Notes: generated by a model from the letters alone, not told the origin. Shown: positions 1-8,156, numbered from the stretch's first letter. The stretch is DNA of 64,000 nucleotides from an uncultured Lachnospiraceae bacterium (GCA_964464905.1 CAYXHC010000001.1:1097-65096), one strand, 5' to 3'. Program-made: numbers and translations.

Positions 1-86
1 GCGGTCTTGCCGAGGGGCTTGCCTGCTGCATCGAGAACGTACCACTTGCGTTCAACCGTCTCTTTTTTTGCCATGTAGGTCGACAT
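1..86 (-). CDS. rplM: 50S ribosomal protein L13, first 28 codons only (gene continues past the left edge)
   Basis: Minus-strand reading from 86 gives ATG TCG ACC TAC ATG GCA AAA AAA GAG ACG GTT GAA CGC AAG TGG TAC GTT CTC GAT GCA GCA GGC AAG = MSTYMAKKETVERKWYVLDAAGKPLGKT. This contains the conserved L13 N-terminal ERKWYV.DA.G..LG pattern. GGAGGA lies 6 nt upstream of the ATG. The fragment is too short for the ORF track. Confidence 0.8.
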   Translation of the reverse strand, partial: MSTYMAKKETVERKWYVLDAAGKPLGKT

Positions 87-174
87 TGTGATTCCTCCGA
101 TGAATATCTGATTTAATAAAAAACTGTTTTGTTGCACGGAAAAGAGAGCGTACCTCTCCGGCCGCGCGAGTGAA

Positions 175-203
175 ATTATAACACGGGGTATCAGGCTTGT
201 CAA
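175..203 (-). promoter_or_regulatory. SigA-type promoter upstream of rplM
   Basis: On the minus strand: TTGACA (203..198), 17 nt spacer, TATAAT (180..175). Both hexamers are consensus. It lies about 90 nt upstream of the rplM start. Confidence 0.7.
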
Positions 204-345
204 TACACTTTTCAAAAAAATATTATAAAATTTTAATTTACACCCGACTTTTCTCGCAAAATCTCTTGATATCTCCGCTTTTTGCCCGTTTTTGGCCTGC
301 TGATTGCATGCAAACAATGCTTGCAGTGCTATGCGACATACATTA

Positions 346-379
346 TAAAAGAAAAAACGGCGGTGTGGTCACCGCCGTT
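346..379 (-). terminator. Rho-independent terminator after solute-binding protein gene 1
   Basis: Stem AACGGCGGTG (356-365) / CACCGCCGTT (370-379) with loop TGGT. On the minus strand it is followed by a T-run (plus-strand A-run 346-357). It lies 17 nt beyond the stop at 396. Confidence 0.75.
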
Positions 380-395
380 TCGTTTTATTAGATCA

Positions 396-1835
396 TCAGC
401 CGAAAATATCGAGCTTTTCCATGCTCTTTTCAATCGCCTTGTTTATAGACTTCTGAAGCTTGGCATAGAGGGTGGCGGGACTCGCATTTACGTCCTGAAG
501 GGTGGTGTATGCGGAACCCCAGTTGAAGAATACGCCAAGGTCGTAGCTTCTCTGCTCAAATATGATATCAAGCATTGCGCCGGATTCCTCGTCACGGGAG
601 TAGCGGGACTTGAGCTGACCCTCGTAGTAGGCGGGAATGAGATAGTCGGATCCCTTTGCAGCCATGGCTTCAACGATGATGCTGGTGGTGTAGGGATCTT
701 CGCAGTTAAGACCAACGGTCATAACGCAGGAGGAAACGGCTATGTAGGAATAGTAACGCTTCTGATCGGAGTTCTGCTTGGGGAAGGGGACGATGCCGAA
801 ATCTTCTTCGTTTTCGCGGAAGCCGCGGGCGTGAGCGATGACCTCGGTCGCAAAGAGGGTTCTTGCTTCCTGGAAAATGAGACGCGCCTGATTGGAGTTA
901 TCGTAGCATTCGGTGTCACCCATTATGAGAACGAGCTTTTCAAAGGCGTTTACGAAAGCCTCGGAACCCCAGGCAATGGCGGGAACGCCGTCTTTGTCGA
1001 TCTCAACTAACTTGAGACCTGCAGACTGCCAGAATGCGGGATAGTTTTCGCTGTGACCTGCAATGCCGAAAATATCGGTGCCGCTGTCGGCAACTCCGTT
1101 TGCGTTAACGTCTTCTTTGACTATGTTGCCCATTTCGTACATCTTATCCCAGGTCCACTCGTTGTTGTTGACGAGGTCGTAGGGACTTTCGAGACCTGCA
1201 TTTTCGATCATAGACTTGGTGAAGTATACGCACCAGATACATTCCTTGTCGGAAAGGGCGATATCGCCGGAAATCATATAGTGTAATCCGCCGAGAGCGA
1301 GCTGATCGGTGCAGTCGCTGTTCCACCAGGCTTTGTCGAGGTTGATATAGTCGAATTCTTCGATGGGATAGCAGTATCCGGAACCTACCGCTGTTGCGGA
1401 GTAGCTCATATTGTTAAAGCAGATGTTGTAGTCCTGAGTGTTTGCATCAACGTCGGTCTTGAAAAGATTGTAAACAGACTCGCCCATTGACGCGGTGGCT
1501 TCGCTGATCTCGATGCCGAGGAGATCTTCAACCGCACGGTTGCGCTCGTAGACTGCCTGTTCGTAAGCATCGTCTGAGGGCTCGTCAAAGTCGCAGAGAG
1601 TGTAATTGTATGTAAGTATGTCGGGGGTGAGTATGGTGAATGCCATACCGTCAAACTTTTCGTTGGGGATCTCAAGAACGTCCTTTTGAGTATCGGCGTT
1701 TTCAGTCTCCGTGCTGCCGGTACCGGTGTCTGCAACGTCGCCCGTGCCCTCGCCGCCGTCAGCGGGATCGGAGCAGGCTGCCAGCGGAACCGTGATCATA
1801 AGAAGCACGAGCAGTAAACTTAATAATTTTCGCAT
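396..1835 (-). CDS. Extracellular solute-binding lipoprotein, LplA/LipO-like (SBP paralog 1)
   Basis: ORF track gives 396..1847. I moved the start to ATG 1835 (MRKLLSLLLVLLMITVPLAAC) because GGAGG sits 5 nt upstream. The lipobox is L-A-A-C, followed by a Gly/Thr/Asp-rich linker. The protein is about 60-65% identical by eye to the next two paralogs, e.g. WWNSDCT.QLALGG.HYM.SGDIALSDKECIW and YYEGQLKSRYSRDEESG.MLDIIF. Confidence 0.85.
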   Translation of the reverse strand: MRKLLSLLLVLLMITVPLAACSDPADGGEGTGDVADTGTGSTETENADTQKDVLEIPNEKFDGMAFTILTPDILTYNYTLCDFDEPSDDAYEQAVYERNRAVEDLLGIEISEATASMGESVYNLFKTDVDANTQDYNICFNNMSYSATAVGSGYCYPIEEFDYINLDKAWWNSDCTDQLALGGLHYMISGDIALSDKECIWCVYFTKSMIENAGLESPYDLVNNNEWTWDKMYEMGNIVKEDVNANGVADSGTDIFGIAGHSENYPAFWQSAGLKLVEIDKDGVPAIAWGSEAFVNAFEKLVLIMGDTECYDNSNQARLIFQEARTLFATEVIAHARGFRENEEDFGIVPFPKQNSDQKRYYSYIAVSSCVMTVGLNCEDPYTTSIIVEAMAAKGSDYLIPAYYEGQLKSRYSRDEESGAMLDIIFEQRSYDLGVFFNWGSAYTTLQDVNASPATLYAKLQKSINKAIEKSMEKLDIFG

Positions 1836-1873
1836 AATTACCTCCAATGTTTTTGTTATAACTGTACAATTTA

Positions 1874-1879
1874 ATGATA
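1874..1879 (-). promoter_or_regulatory. Probable -10 box (TATCAT) of the SBP1 promoter, inside a 15-nt block shared with the SBP2 promoter
   Basis: Plus-strand TTAATGATACAGCAT (1871-1885) is identical to 3575-3589 upstream of SBP2. On the gene strand it reads ATGCTGTATCATTAA. No good -35 hexamer is present. TGTGAA repeats lie just upstream (see findings). Confidence 0.5.
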
Positions 1880-2040
1880 CAGCATCACAGGCGGCAATAT
1901 GTGAACGAAAATAAAACTAATCATCAATATTGTGAAAATAATATTTCAAATATGTGAATAGAATTTCAAAAAGATTGAAAATCAGCGGAAGGAAGCCTTT
2001 GTCGCGTTTTGACGATCGGGAGGGGGATGACTTTTTGGGA

Positions 2041-2069
2041 AAACAAAAACCGGCAGAGAGATCTGCCGG
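2041..2069 (-). terminator. Rho-independent terminator after SBP paralog 2
   Basis: Stem CCGGCAGA (2050-2057) / TCTGCCGG (2062-2069) with loop GAGA. On the minus strand it is followed by TTTTTGTTT (plus-strand A-run 2041-2049). Confidence 0.8.
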
Positions 2070-2081
2070 TTTTATTATGTT

Positions 2082-3560
2082 GATCTTAGAGACCGAGCTT
2101 TTCGAACGCCTTTTCGATCTGCTTGTTGGTCTGCTTTTCTACCTTAGCGTAGAGGGAAGCGGGGTTAACGTCTACGCTCTTGAGGGAGGAGTACGCGGAG
2201 CCCCAGTTGAAGAATACGCCGAGGTCGTAGCAACGGTTAGCAAAGATGATGTCGAGCATTTCGCCGGACTCTTCGTCACGGGAGTAGCGGGACTTGAGCT
2301 GACCTTCGTAGTAAGCGGGCATAAGGATCTCGGAACCCTTGGCAGCCATAGCTTCGAGAATGATGCTGGTCTGGTAGGGGCTTGCGCAGTCCTTACCAAC
2401 GGTCATAACGCAGGAGTTAACTGCGATATAGGAGTAGTAGGTGTCAATGTCAGAGCTGTACTTGGGATAAGGAAGGATACCGAAGTCGTATTCGTTTTCA
2501 CGGTAGTCGCGAACGAAAGCGATAACCTCGGTTCCGAAGAGGCACTTACCTTCCTTAAGGCAGGTGGTGATGTGCGCAACAGCGTCGGAAACGGTGGAGG
2601 TGGTGGTCCAGTTTACGTTTTCGGTGTCGCCCATGAGCTCAACGATATCTTCGAATACGTTAACGAACTGTTCGGAGTTCCAGTTGATCTTGGGTGTGCC
2701 TGCTTCGTCAAGGGAAGCGAGGGTGAGACCTGCGGATTCCCAGCTTGCAGGGAAGTTTTCGCCGTGTGTAACGAAACCGTAGATGTCGCCGGAGTCGAGA
2801 GCGCCGGAGCCGTTTTCGTCAGAGGTAGCGGTCATAGCCATTTCGTGCATCTTGTCCCAGGTCCATTCGTTGTTCTTAACGAGCTGGTAGGGATCTTCGA
2901 GGCCCTTGTACTTTTCAATGAGTTCCTTGATGAAGTAAACAGCCCAGATACATTCCTTGTCGGAAAGGGCGATGTCGCCGGAGAGCATGTAGTGCATGCC
3001 GCCGAGAGCGAGCTGCTCGGTGCAGTCGCTGTTCCACCAGGACTTGTCGAGATCGATGTAATCGAACAGGTCAAGCTCGTAGCAGAGGCCGGCGCCGGTA
3101 GCGGTGCAGGAGTACTCCATCTGGTTGAAGGTTACGCCGTAGTCGCCGGTGTTAGCTTCAACGGCAGTCTTGAAGAGGGTGTAAACTTCGGAGCCGATGC
3201 CGGAGGAAACCTCGGTGATGGTGATGTTGAGGAGGTTCTCGACAGCGTCGTTACGCAGATAAAGAGCGTTTTCGTACATGTCTTCGGAAGGCTCGTCAAA
3301 ATCGGTTGCGGTGTAGTTATACGTAACTACGGTAGGAGTGAGAACTACGAATTCATAGCCGTCGAAGTCCTCTGCGGGGATCTCGAGAACGTCAGAAACG
3401 TCACCCGTGCCGGAAGTTTCAGTGCCGGTACCGGTGTTTGCAGCGTCTCCCGTGCCCTCGCCGTCATCAGCGGGATCGGAGCAGGATGCAAGCGGTACTG
3501 CGAGCATGAGAACTACAAGCAGTAAGCTTAAGAATTTTTTCATAAATACCTCCAAGTATT
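2082..3560. repeat. Direct repeat copy 1 (1479 bp) of a tandem duplication with period 1695 bp
   Basis: 2082..3560 matches 3777..5255. The translated ORFs in several frames on both strands are letter-identical in the ORF track: 485 aa, 75 aa and 80 aa on the minus strand, and 72 aa plus the 317-aa tail on the plus strand. The boundary bases differ (2081 t vs 3776 c; 3561 c vs 5256 t). Confidence 0.9.
2086..3543 (-). CDS. Extracellular solute-binding lipoprotein, LplA/LipO-like (SBP paralog 2, duplicate copy 1)
   Basis: ORF track gives 2086..3720. I placed the start at ATG 3543 (MKKFLSLLLVVLMLAVPLASC) with GGAGG 5 nt upstream. The lipobox is L-A-S-C. The 485-aa product is identical to that of 3781..5238. 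Confidence 0.85.
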   Translation of the reverse strand: MKKFLSLLLVVLMLAVPLASCSDPADDGEGTGDAANTGTGTETSGTGDVSDVLEIPAEDFDGYEFVVLTPTVVTYNYTATDFDEPSEDMYENALYLRNDAVENLLNITITEVSSGIGSEVYTLFKTAVEANTGDYGVTFNQMEYSCTATGAGLCYELDLFDYIDLDKSWWNSDCTEQLALGGMHYMLSGDIALSDKECIWAVYFIKELIEKYKGLEDPYQLVKNNEWTWDKMHEMAMTATSDENGSGALDSGDIYGFVTHGENFPASWESAGLTLASLDEAGTPKINWNSEQFVNVFEDIVELMGDTENVNWTTTSTVSDAVAHITTCLKEGKCLFGTEVIAFVRDYRENEYDFGILPYPKYSSDIDTYYSYIAVNSCVMTVGKDCASPYQTSIILEAMAAKGSEILMPAYYEGQLKSRYSRDEESGEMLDIIFANRCYDLGVFFNWGSAYSSLKSVDVNPASLYAKVEKQTNKQIEKAFEKLGL

Positions 3561-3577
3561 CTATGTTACTACTGTTA

Positions 3578-3583
3578 ATGATA
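3578..3583 (-). promoter_or_regulatory. Probable -10 box (TATCAT) of the SBP2 promoter
   Basis: Same 15-nt block as at 1871-1885. It lies about 35 nt upstream of ATG 3543. Three TGAA-type repeats with an 11-bp period start 23 nt further upstream, at 3606, 3617 and 3628. Confidence 0.5.
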
Positions 3584-3702
3584 CAGCATATTGCGTCTGT
3601 AATGATGAATAATGTGTGAACGTCGTGTGAATTCATGACGAAGGGGGCGGGAGGTAGTCTTTTTTTGCGATGAAGTGCCTGAATGTATTTTCGCAATAGA
3701 AA

Positions 3703-3742
3703 CAAAAAAAGGAAATACACACGCCGATGCGTGTGTATTTCC
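3703..3742 (-). terminator. Rho-independent terminator after SBP paralog 3
   Basis: 14-bp stem GGAAATACACACGC (3711-3724) / GCGTGTGTATTTCC (3729-3742) with loop CGAT. On the minus strand it is followed by TTTTTTTGTTT. Confidence 0.85.
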
Positions 3743-3776
3743 CTTTATCGGAATAAAAATCTAAACCGTTAGAATC

Positions 3777-5255
3777 GATCTTAGAGACCGAGCTTTTCGA
3801 ACGCCTTTTCGATCTGCTTGTTGGTCTGCTTTTCTACCTTAGCGTAGAGGGAAGCGGGGTTAACGTCTACGCTCTTGAGGGAGGAGTACGCGGAGCCCCA
3901 GTTGAAGAATACGCCGAGGTCGTAGCAACGGTTAGCAAAGATGATGTCGAGCATTTCGCCGGACTCTTCGTCACGGGAGTAGCGGGACTTGAGCTGACCT
4001 TCGTAGTAAGCGGGCATAAGGATCTCGGAACCCTTGGCAGCCATAGCTTCGAGAATGATGCTGGTCTGGTAGGGGCTTGCGCAGTCCTTACCAACGGTCA
4101 TAACGCAGGAGTTAACTGCGATATAGGAGTAGTAGGTGTCAATGTCAGAGCTGTACTTGGGATAAGGAAGGATACCGAAGTCGTATTCGTTTTCACGGTA
4201 GTCGCGAACGAAAGCGATAACCTCGGTTCCGAAGAGGCACTTACCTTCCTTAAGGCAGGTGGTGATGTGCGCAACAGCGTCGGAAACGGTGGAGGTGGTG
4301 GTCCAGTTTACGTTTTCGGTGTCGCCCATGAGCTCAACGATATCTTCGAATACGTTAACGAACTGTTCGGAGTTCCAGTTGATCTTGGGTGTGCCTGCTT
4401 CGTCAAGGGAAGCGAGGGTGAGACCTGCGGATTCCCAGCTTGCAGGGAAGTTTTCGCCGTGTGTAACGAAACCGTAGATGTCGCCGGAGTCGAGAGCGCC
4501 GGAGCCGTTTTCGTCAGAGGTAGCGGTCATAGCCATTTCGTGCATCTTGTCCCAGGTCCATTCGTTGTTCTTAACGAGCTGGTAGGGATCTTCGAGGCCC
4601 TTGTACTTTTCAATGAGTTCCTTGATGAAGTAAACAGCCCAGATACATTCCTTGTCGGAAAGGGCGATGTCGCCGGAGAGCATGTAGTGCATGCCGCCGA
4701 GAGCGAGCTGCTCGGTGCAGTCGCTGTTCCACCAGGACTTGTCGAGATCGATGTAATCGAACAGGTCAAGCTCGTAGCAGAGGCCGGCGCCGGTAGCGGT
4801 GCAGGAGTACTCCATCTGGTTGAAGGTTACGCCGTAGTCGCCGGTGTTAGCTTCAACGGCAGTCTTGAAGAGGGTGTAAACTTCGGAGCCGATGCCGGAG
4901 GAAACCTCGGTGATGGTGATGTTGAGGAGGTTCTCGACAGCGTCGTTACGCAGATAAAGAGCGTTTTCGTACATGTCTTCGGAAGGCTCGTCAAAATCGG
5001 TTGCGGTGTAGTTATACGTAACTACGGTAGGAGTGAGAACTACGAATTCATAGCCGTCGAAGTCCTCTGCGGGGATCTCGAGAACGTCAGAAACGTCACC
5101 CGTGCCGGAAGTTTCAGTGCCGGTACCGGTGTTTGCAGCGTCTCCCGTGCCCTCGCCGTCATCAGCGGGATCGGAGCAGGATGCAAGCGGTACTGCGAGC
5201 ATGAGAACTACAAGCAGTAAGCTTAAGAATTTTTTCATAAATACCTCCAAGTATT
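3777..5255. repeat. Direct repeat copy 2 (1479 bp)
   Basis: See copy 1. The repeat covers the stop codon, the whole CDS, the RBS and 17 nt of 5' UTR. It does not include the promoter or the terminator. Confidence 0.9.
3781..5238 (-). CDS. Extracellular solute-binding lipoprotein, LplA/LipO-like (SBP paralog 3, duplicate copy 2)
   Basis: ORF track gives 3781..5274. I placed the start at ATG 5238 with the same GGAGGTATTT-ATG context as copy 1. The protein is identical to 2086..3543. Confidence 0.85.
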   Translation of the reverse strand: MKKFLSLLLVVLMLAVPLASCSDPADDGEGTGDAANTGTGTETSGTGDVSDVLEIPAEDFDGYEFVVLTPTVVTYNYTATDFDEPSEDMYENALYLRNDAVENLLNITITEVSSGIGSEVYTLFKTAVEANTGDYGVTFNQMEYSCTATGAGLCYELDLFDYIDLDKSWWNSDCTEQLALGGMHYMLSGDIALSDKECIWAVYFIKELIEKYKGLEDPYQLVKNNEWTWDKMHEMAMTATSDENGSGALDSGDIYGFVTHGENFPASWESAGLTLASLDEAGTPKINWNSEQFVNVFEDIVELMGDTENVNWTTTSTVSDAVAHITTCLKEGKCLFGTEVIAFVRDYRENEYDFGILPYPKYSSDIDTYYSYIAVNSCVMTVGKDCASPYQTSIILEAMAAKGSEILMPAYYEGQLKSRYSRDEESGEMLDIIFANRCYDLGVFFNWGSAYSSLKSVDVNPASLYAKVEKQTNKQIEKAFEKLGL

Positions 5256-5496
5256 TATCGTGATAGATGTACAAAATAATTTTACAACTAAACCGTTTAC
5301 AAAAGGTTAATAAATTGTGAACGAAAGATTAACATAGTGAGATAATGAATAAAAAAACAAACTAATTGAGAAAAAATCCTCTGCCAATGGTATAACTTGA
5401 CGATTATCTTAAACAAATCTTAAGGTTTTGGGTTATTTTATCTTAATAATGTTTGTGGTACAATTGAAGCGTGAAATGAAAAAGGAGACGATATCT

Positions 5497-6201
5497 ATGT
5501 ACAACATACTCGTTTGCGATGACGAAAAGGATATAGTGTCGGCGCTTGAAATATATCTTTCGGCTGAGGGATACCGCGTTTATAAGGCGTATGACGGCGA
5601 GGAGGCGATAAGCACCGTGAGAACGGAAGAGATACATCTCGTGCTTCTGGACGTTATGATGCCGATGACGGACGGGCTCCGCGCTATGAGGCGCCTGCGT
5701 GAGTTTTCAAACGTGCCCGTTTTGCTGCTGACGGCGAAAAGCGAGGAAACGGACAAAATAGCGGGACTGAACCTGGGCGCCGACGATTACATAACGAAGC
5801 CTTTCAATCCGGTTGAGGTTGCGGCGCGGGTGAAGGCGAATCTGCGTCGTTATATGCAGCTTGGCGGCGGTGACGTGAAGGCTCTTGAAAGCGTTTACAG
5901 CGTTTCCGGCATCGTGATGGACGATAAAGCTCACACCGTTACGAGAGACGGCGAGCCTATATCGCTGACTCCCACCGAATACGATATACTGAAACTGTTT
6001 CTGATGCATCCCGACGAGCTGATGACGCCGAAGCGCATTTACGGCGCGGTCTGGGGCGGCAATTTCATCGGTGGCGAGGGGACCGTTGCCGTTCACATAC
6101 GTCATCTTCGCGAAAAACTTGAATACGATCCGTCCTCACCGAGATATCTTCGCGTTGTGTGGGGGCAGGGGTATAAGCTGTCAAGCATCGTTGGTGTTTG
6201 A
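5497..6201 (+). CDS. OmpR/PhoB-family response regulator (receiver plus winged-helix domain)
   Basis: ORF track gives 5428..6201. I placed the start at ATG 5497 (MYNILVCDDEKDIV) with AAGGAG 9 nt upstream. Receiver motifs are DD, LLDVMMP.DG and LLLTAK. The C-terminal end reads ...HIRHLREKLE...VWGQGYKL, typical of OmpR-type DNA-binding domains. Confidence 0.9.
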   Translation: MYNILVCDDEKDIVSALEIYLSAEGYRVYKAYDGEEAISTVRTEEIHLVLLDVMMPMTDGLRAMRRLREFSNVPVLLLTAKSEETDKIAGLNLGADDYITKPFNPVEVAARVKANLRRYMQLGGGDVKALESVYSVSGIVMDDKAHTVTRDGEPISLTPTEYDILKLFLMHPDELMTPKRIYGAVWGGNFIGGEGTVAVHIRHLREKLEYDPSSPRYLRVVWGQGYKLSSIVGV

Positions 6202-6233
6202 TATAAAAACATAAATATTAAGGAAAGGAACCG

Positions 6234-8156
6234 ATGAAAATGAAAAAACTTCAATGCTACAGATGGGCGCGAGTTGCGGCAGTGCTGCTGGCGGCTGTGA
6301 CGCTTACTGTTTTCTTTGGATCTGTCTTGGGGATCGTCGCTGCAGCAGATCTGGGACTCTATACACAAAGCTATGACAACGCAAAGGAAATGGCAGTGAC
6401 GGACGTGCTCTACGGCAATGCCTACCTTATAGTGAACGCCTACCGTGACAGCTATGTGCTTGGGTATTACTCACATTCACAGGCAAAAGCGCAGATGCAG
6501 GAAGCCGTGTTCCGCAAAAATCTTGATTTTGAGCTTTGGCGCGGGGAAGATATGCTCTATTCGTCTTATTCCGGTGTCGTTCCCGAGTCTGACGCTGTGT
6601 ATGAGCTTGGCGTGGCAGAGTACGGCGAGGGTGAATACAGCGTGCGTTTTTATCTTCTCAAAAACACGAAATGTTACGACGAGATCTATTTTATGGAGCA
6701 TTGGCTCGACAAGCTTTACGAAATGCGGTTCGCGCTCATCGTGATCTGCGTTTTGTCGTTGATCCTGTCGTTTTTGACGTGGCTTTTCGCCGTTTCTGCG
6801 GCGGGCAAGCGCCTCACCCTTGACGGATACGCAAGCGGCGTGCTGACGATGCTTGACCGCGTCCCTCTTGATCTGCTGCTGGCTTTTGCTGCAGCGGCTG
6901 TGTTTGTCGAGGCTCTCATATACGACTTCAACCACGACATAGGAGACATATTTACCGCCGTGCTTCTCGGCGTGTACGTTTTCGTTGATTCCGTATTCGT
7001 CACTCTTTTGTCGATGACCGTGAAGGTGCGTGTCGTAACGAAGACGGCACTTGATAACAATATCACGGCGATGCTTCTCAGACTGGGGTATAAGCTTGTA
7101 GTCCGGATATGGGAATGTATAAAGTCGGGAGCGAGGCTGATGGTGAAAATCGTTCGGTGCGTTCCCATGTTCTGGCGGACGCTGACTGCAACGATCGCCA
7201 TGACGGTGATAAGCTTCGTTATTACGTGTCTGGCTGCCGGAAACAGCGACGCGGCAATATTCCTTTTCGTGCTGTTTTGGCTTGCGGTAACGGTGTGGCT
7301 CTGCTTCTCCGCCTGGAATATGACGATACTCCGTCGGGGCGCCAAGCGTATCGCCGAAGGTGACCTTTCCTATCGCATCGACACGAAATATCTTCTTTTT
7401 GATTTTAAGCGTCACGCCGATGACCTTAACAGTATCAAAAACGGTATGGCAACGGCGGTGGAGGAACGGATGCGCGGCGAGATGTTCAAAACCGAGCTTA
7501 TCACCAACGTGTCCCACGATATAAAGACGCCTCTGACTTCAATAATAAATTACGTGGATCTTTTGAAAAAATGCGGAGTGGAAAATGAAGAAGCAAGAGG
7601 GTATATCGAGGTGCTCGACCGCCAATCCGCGAGACTCAAAAAGCTGACGGAGGATCTTGTAACTGCCTCGAAGGCGTCGTCGGGCGTCGTTAAAGCGGAG
7701 CTTAAGCCCTGCGATCTCGGGATCTTCGTTGAACAGACGGCGGGCGAATATGAAGAAAAGCTTGCGAAGGCGGATCTTAAGCTCGTGGTGTCAACGCCCG
7801 ACTATCCCGTTACCGTGGAGGCTGACGGCAAGCTTCTCTGGCGCATCTTCGATAACCTTATGAACAACGCTTTGAAATATTCGCTTCCGGGGTCGCGGGT
7901 GTACCTGTCTCTTAAAGAAAATGAAAGAGAAGGAACGGTGACGGTGACGAATGTGTCCCGCGAGCCGATAACGCGCGACGGGGGAGAGCTTACGGAAAGG
8001 TTCGTTCGCGGCGACGATTCCCGACATACGGAAGGCTCGGGACTCGGACTCTCTATCGCCAAAAGCTTCACGGAGCTTCAGAGAGGTACTTTTGACGTAA
8101 CGGCGGACTATGATCTGTTCCGCGTGACGGTGAAGTTTCCTTTGCCGGAGGAGTGA
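6234..8156 (+). CDS. Multi-pass membrane sensor histidine kinase (HisKA plus HATPase_c)
   Basis: The H-box is ELITNVSHDIKTPLTSI. The N box is NLMNNALKYS and the G boxes are GSGLGLSIAKS. TM1 is followed by an extracytoplasmic stretch of about 130 aa. Several further hydrophobic helices precede a HAMP-like linker. The gene starts 33 nt downstream of the response regulator stop. Confidence 0.9.
   Translation: MKMKKLQCYRWARVAAVLLAAVTLTVFFGSVLGIVAAADLGLYTQSYDNAKEMAVTDVLYGNAYLIVNAYRDSYVLGYYSHSQAKAQMQEAVFRKNLDFELWRGEDMLYSSYSGVVPESDAVYELGVAEYGEGEYSVRFYLLKNTKCYDEIYFMEHWLDKLYEMRFALIVICVLSLILSFLTWLFAVSAAGKRLTLDGYASGVLTMLDRVPLDLLLAFAAAAVFVEALIYDFNHDIGDIFTAVLLGVYVFVDSVFVTLLSMTVKVRVVTKTALDNNITAMLLRLGYKLVVRIWECIKSGARLMVKIVRCVPMFWRTLTATIAMTVISFVITCLAAGNSDAAIFLFVLFWLAVTVWLCFSAWNMTILRRGAKRIAEGDLSYRIDTKYLLFDFKRHADDLNSIKNGMATAVEERMRGEMFKTELITNVSHDIKTPLTSIINYVDLLKKCGVENEEARGYIEVLDRQSARLKKLTEDLVTASKASSGVVKAELKPCDLGIFVEQTAGEYEEKLAKADLKLVVSTPDYPVTVEADGKLLWRIFDNLMNNALKYSLPGSRVYLSLKENEREGTVTVTNVSREPITRDGGELTERFVRGDDSRHTEGSGLGLSIAKSFTELQRGTFDVTADYDLFRVTVKFPLPEE

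Noticed and set aside
197-1010. 64-aa and 242-aa plus-strand ORFs at the left end
   Set aside because: The first lies across the rplM promoter and the SBP1 terminator. The second is antisense to SBP1.
1954-3525. 523-aa plus-strand ORF (and its 317-aa twin at 4267-5220) overlapping the SBP genes
   Set aside because: It is codon-aligned antisense shadow of a clearly recognisable lipoprotein gene. It has no RBS and a low-complexity Gly/Val/Ala-rich translation.
2086-3720. Long 544-aa version of SBP paralog 2 (and the 497-aa version of paralog 3)
   Set aside because: The extension lacks any signal-peptide logic. The internal ATG has GGAGG 5 nt upstream and yields a canonical lipoprotein signal. 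The extra N-terminus lies outside the duplicated segment, so the two identical genes would otherwise have different N-termini.
2082-5255. IS- or transposon-mediated origin of the tandem duplication
   Set aside because: No transposase, inverted terminal repeats or target-site duplication could be found at the junctions. Only a 4-nt GATC is shared at the left ends.
6477-7517. 346-aa and 209-aa minus-strand ORFs inside the histidine kinase gene. Similar shadows occur at 25575-26396 (cysS), 34429-35244 (SBP4) and 36647-37669 (GH29).
   Set aside because: All lie antisense to genes with diagnostic motifs. They have no independent support.
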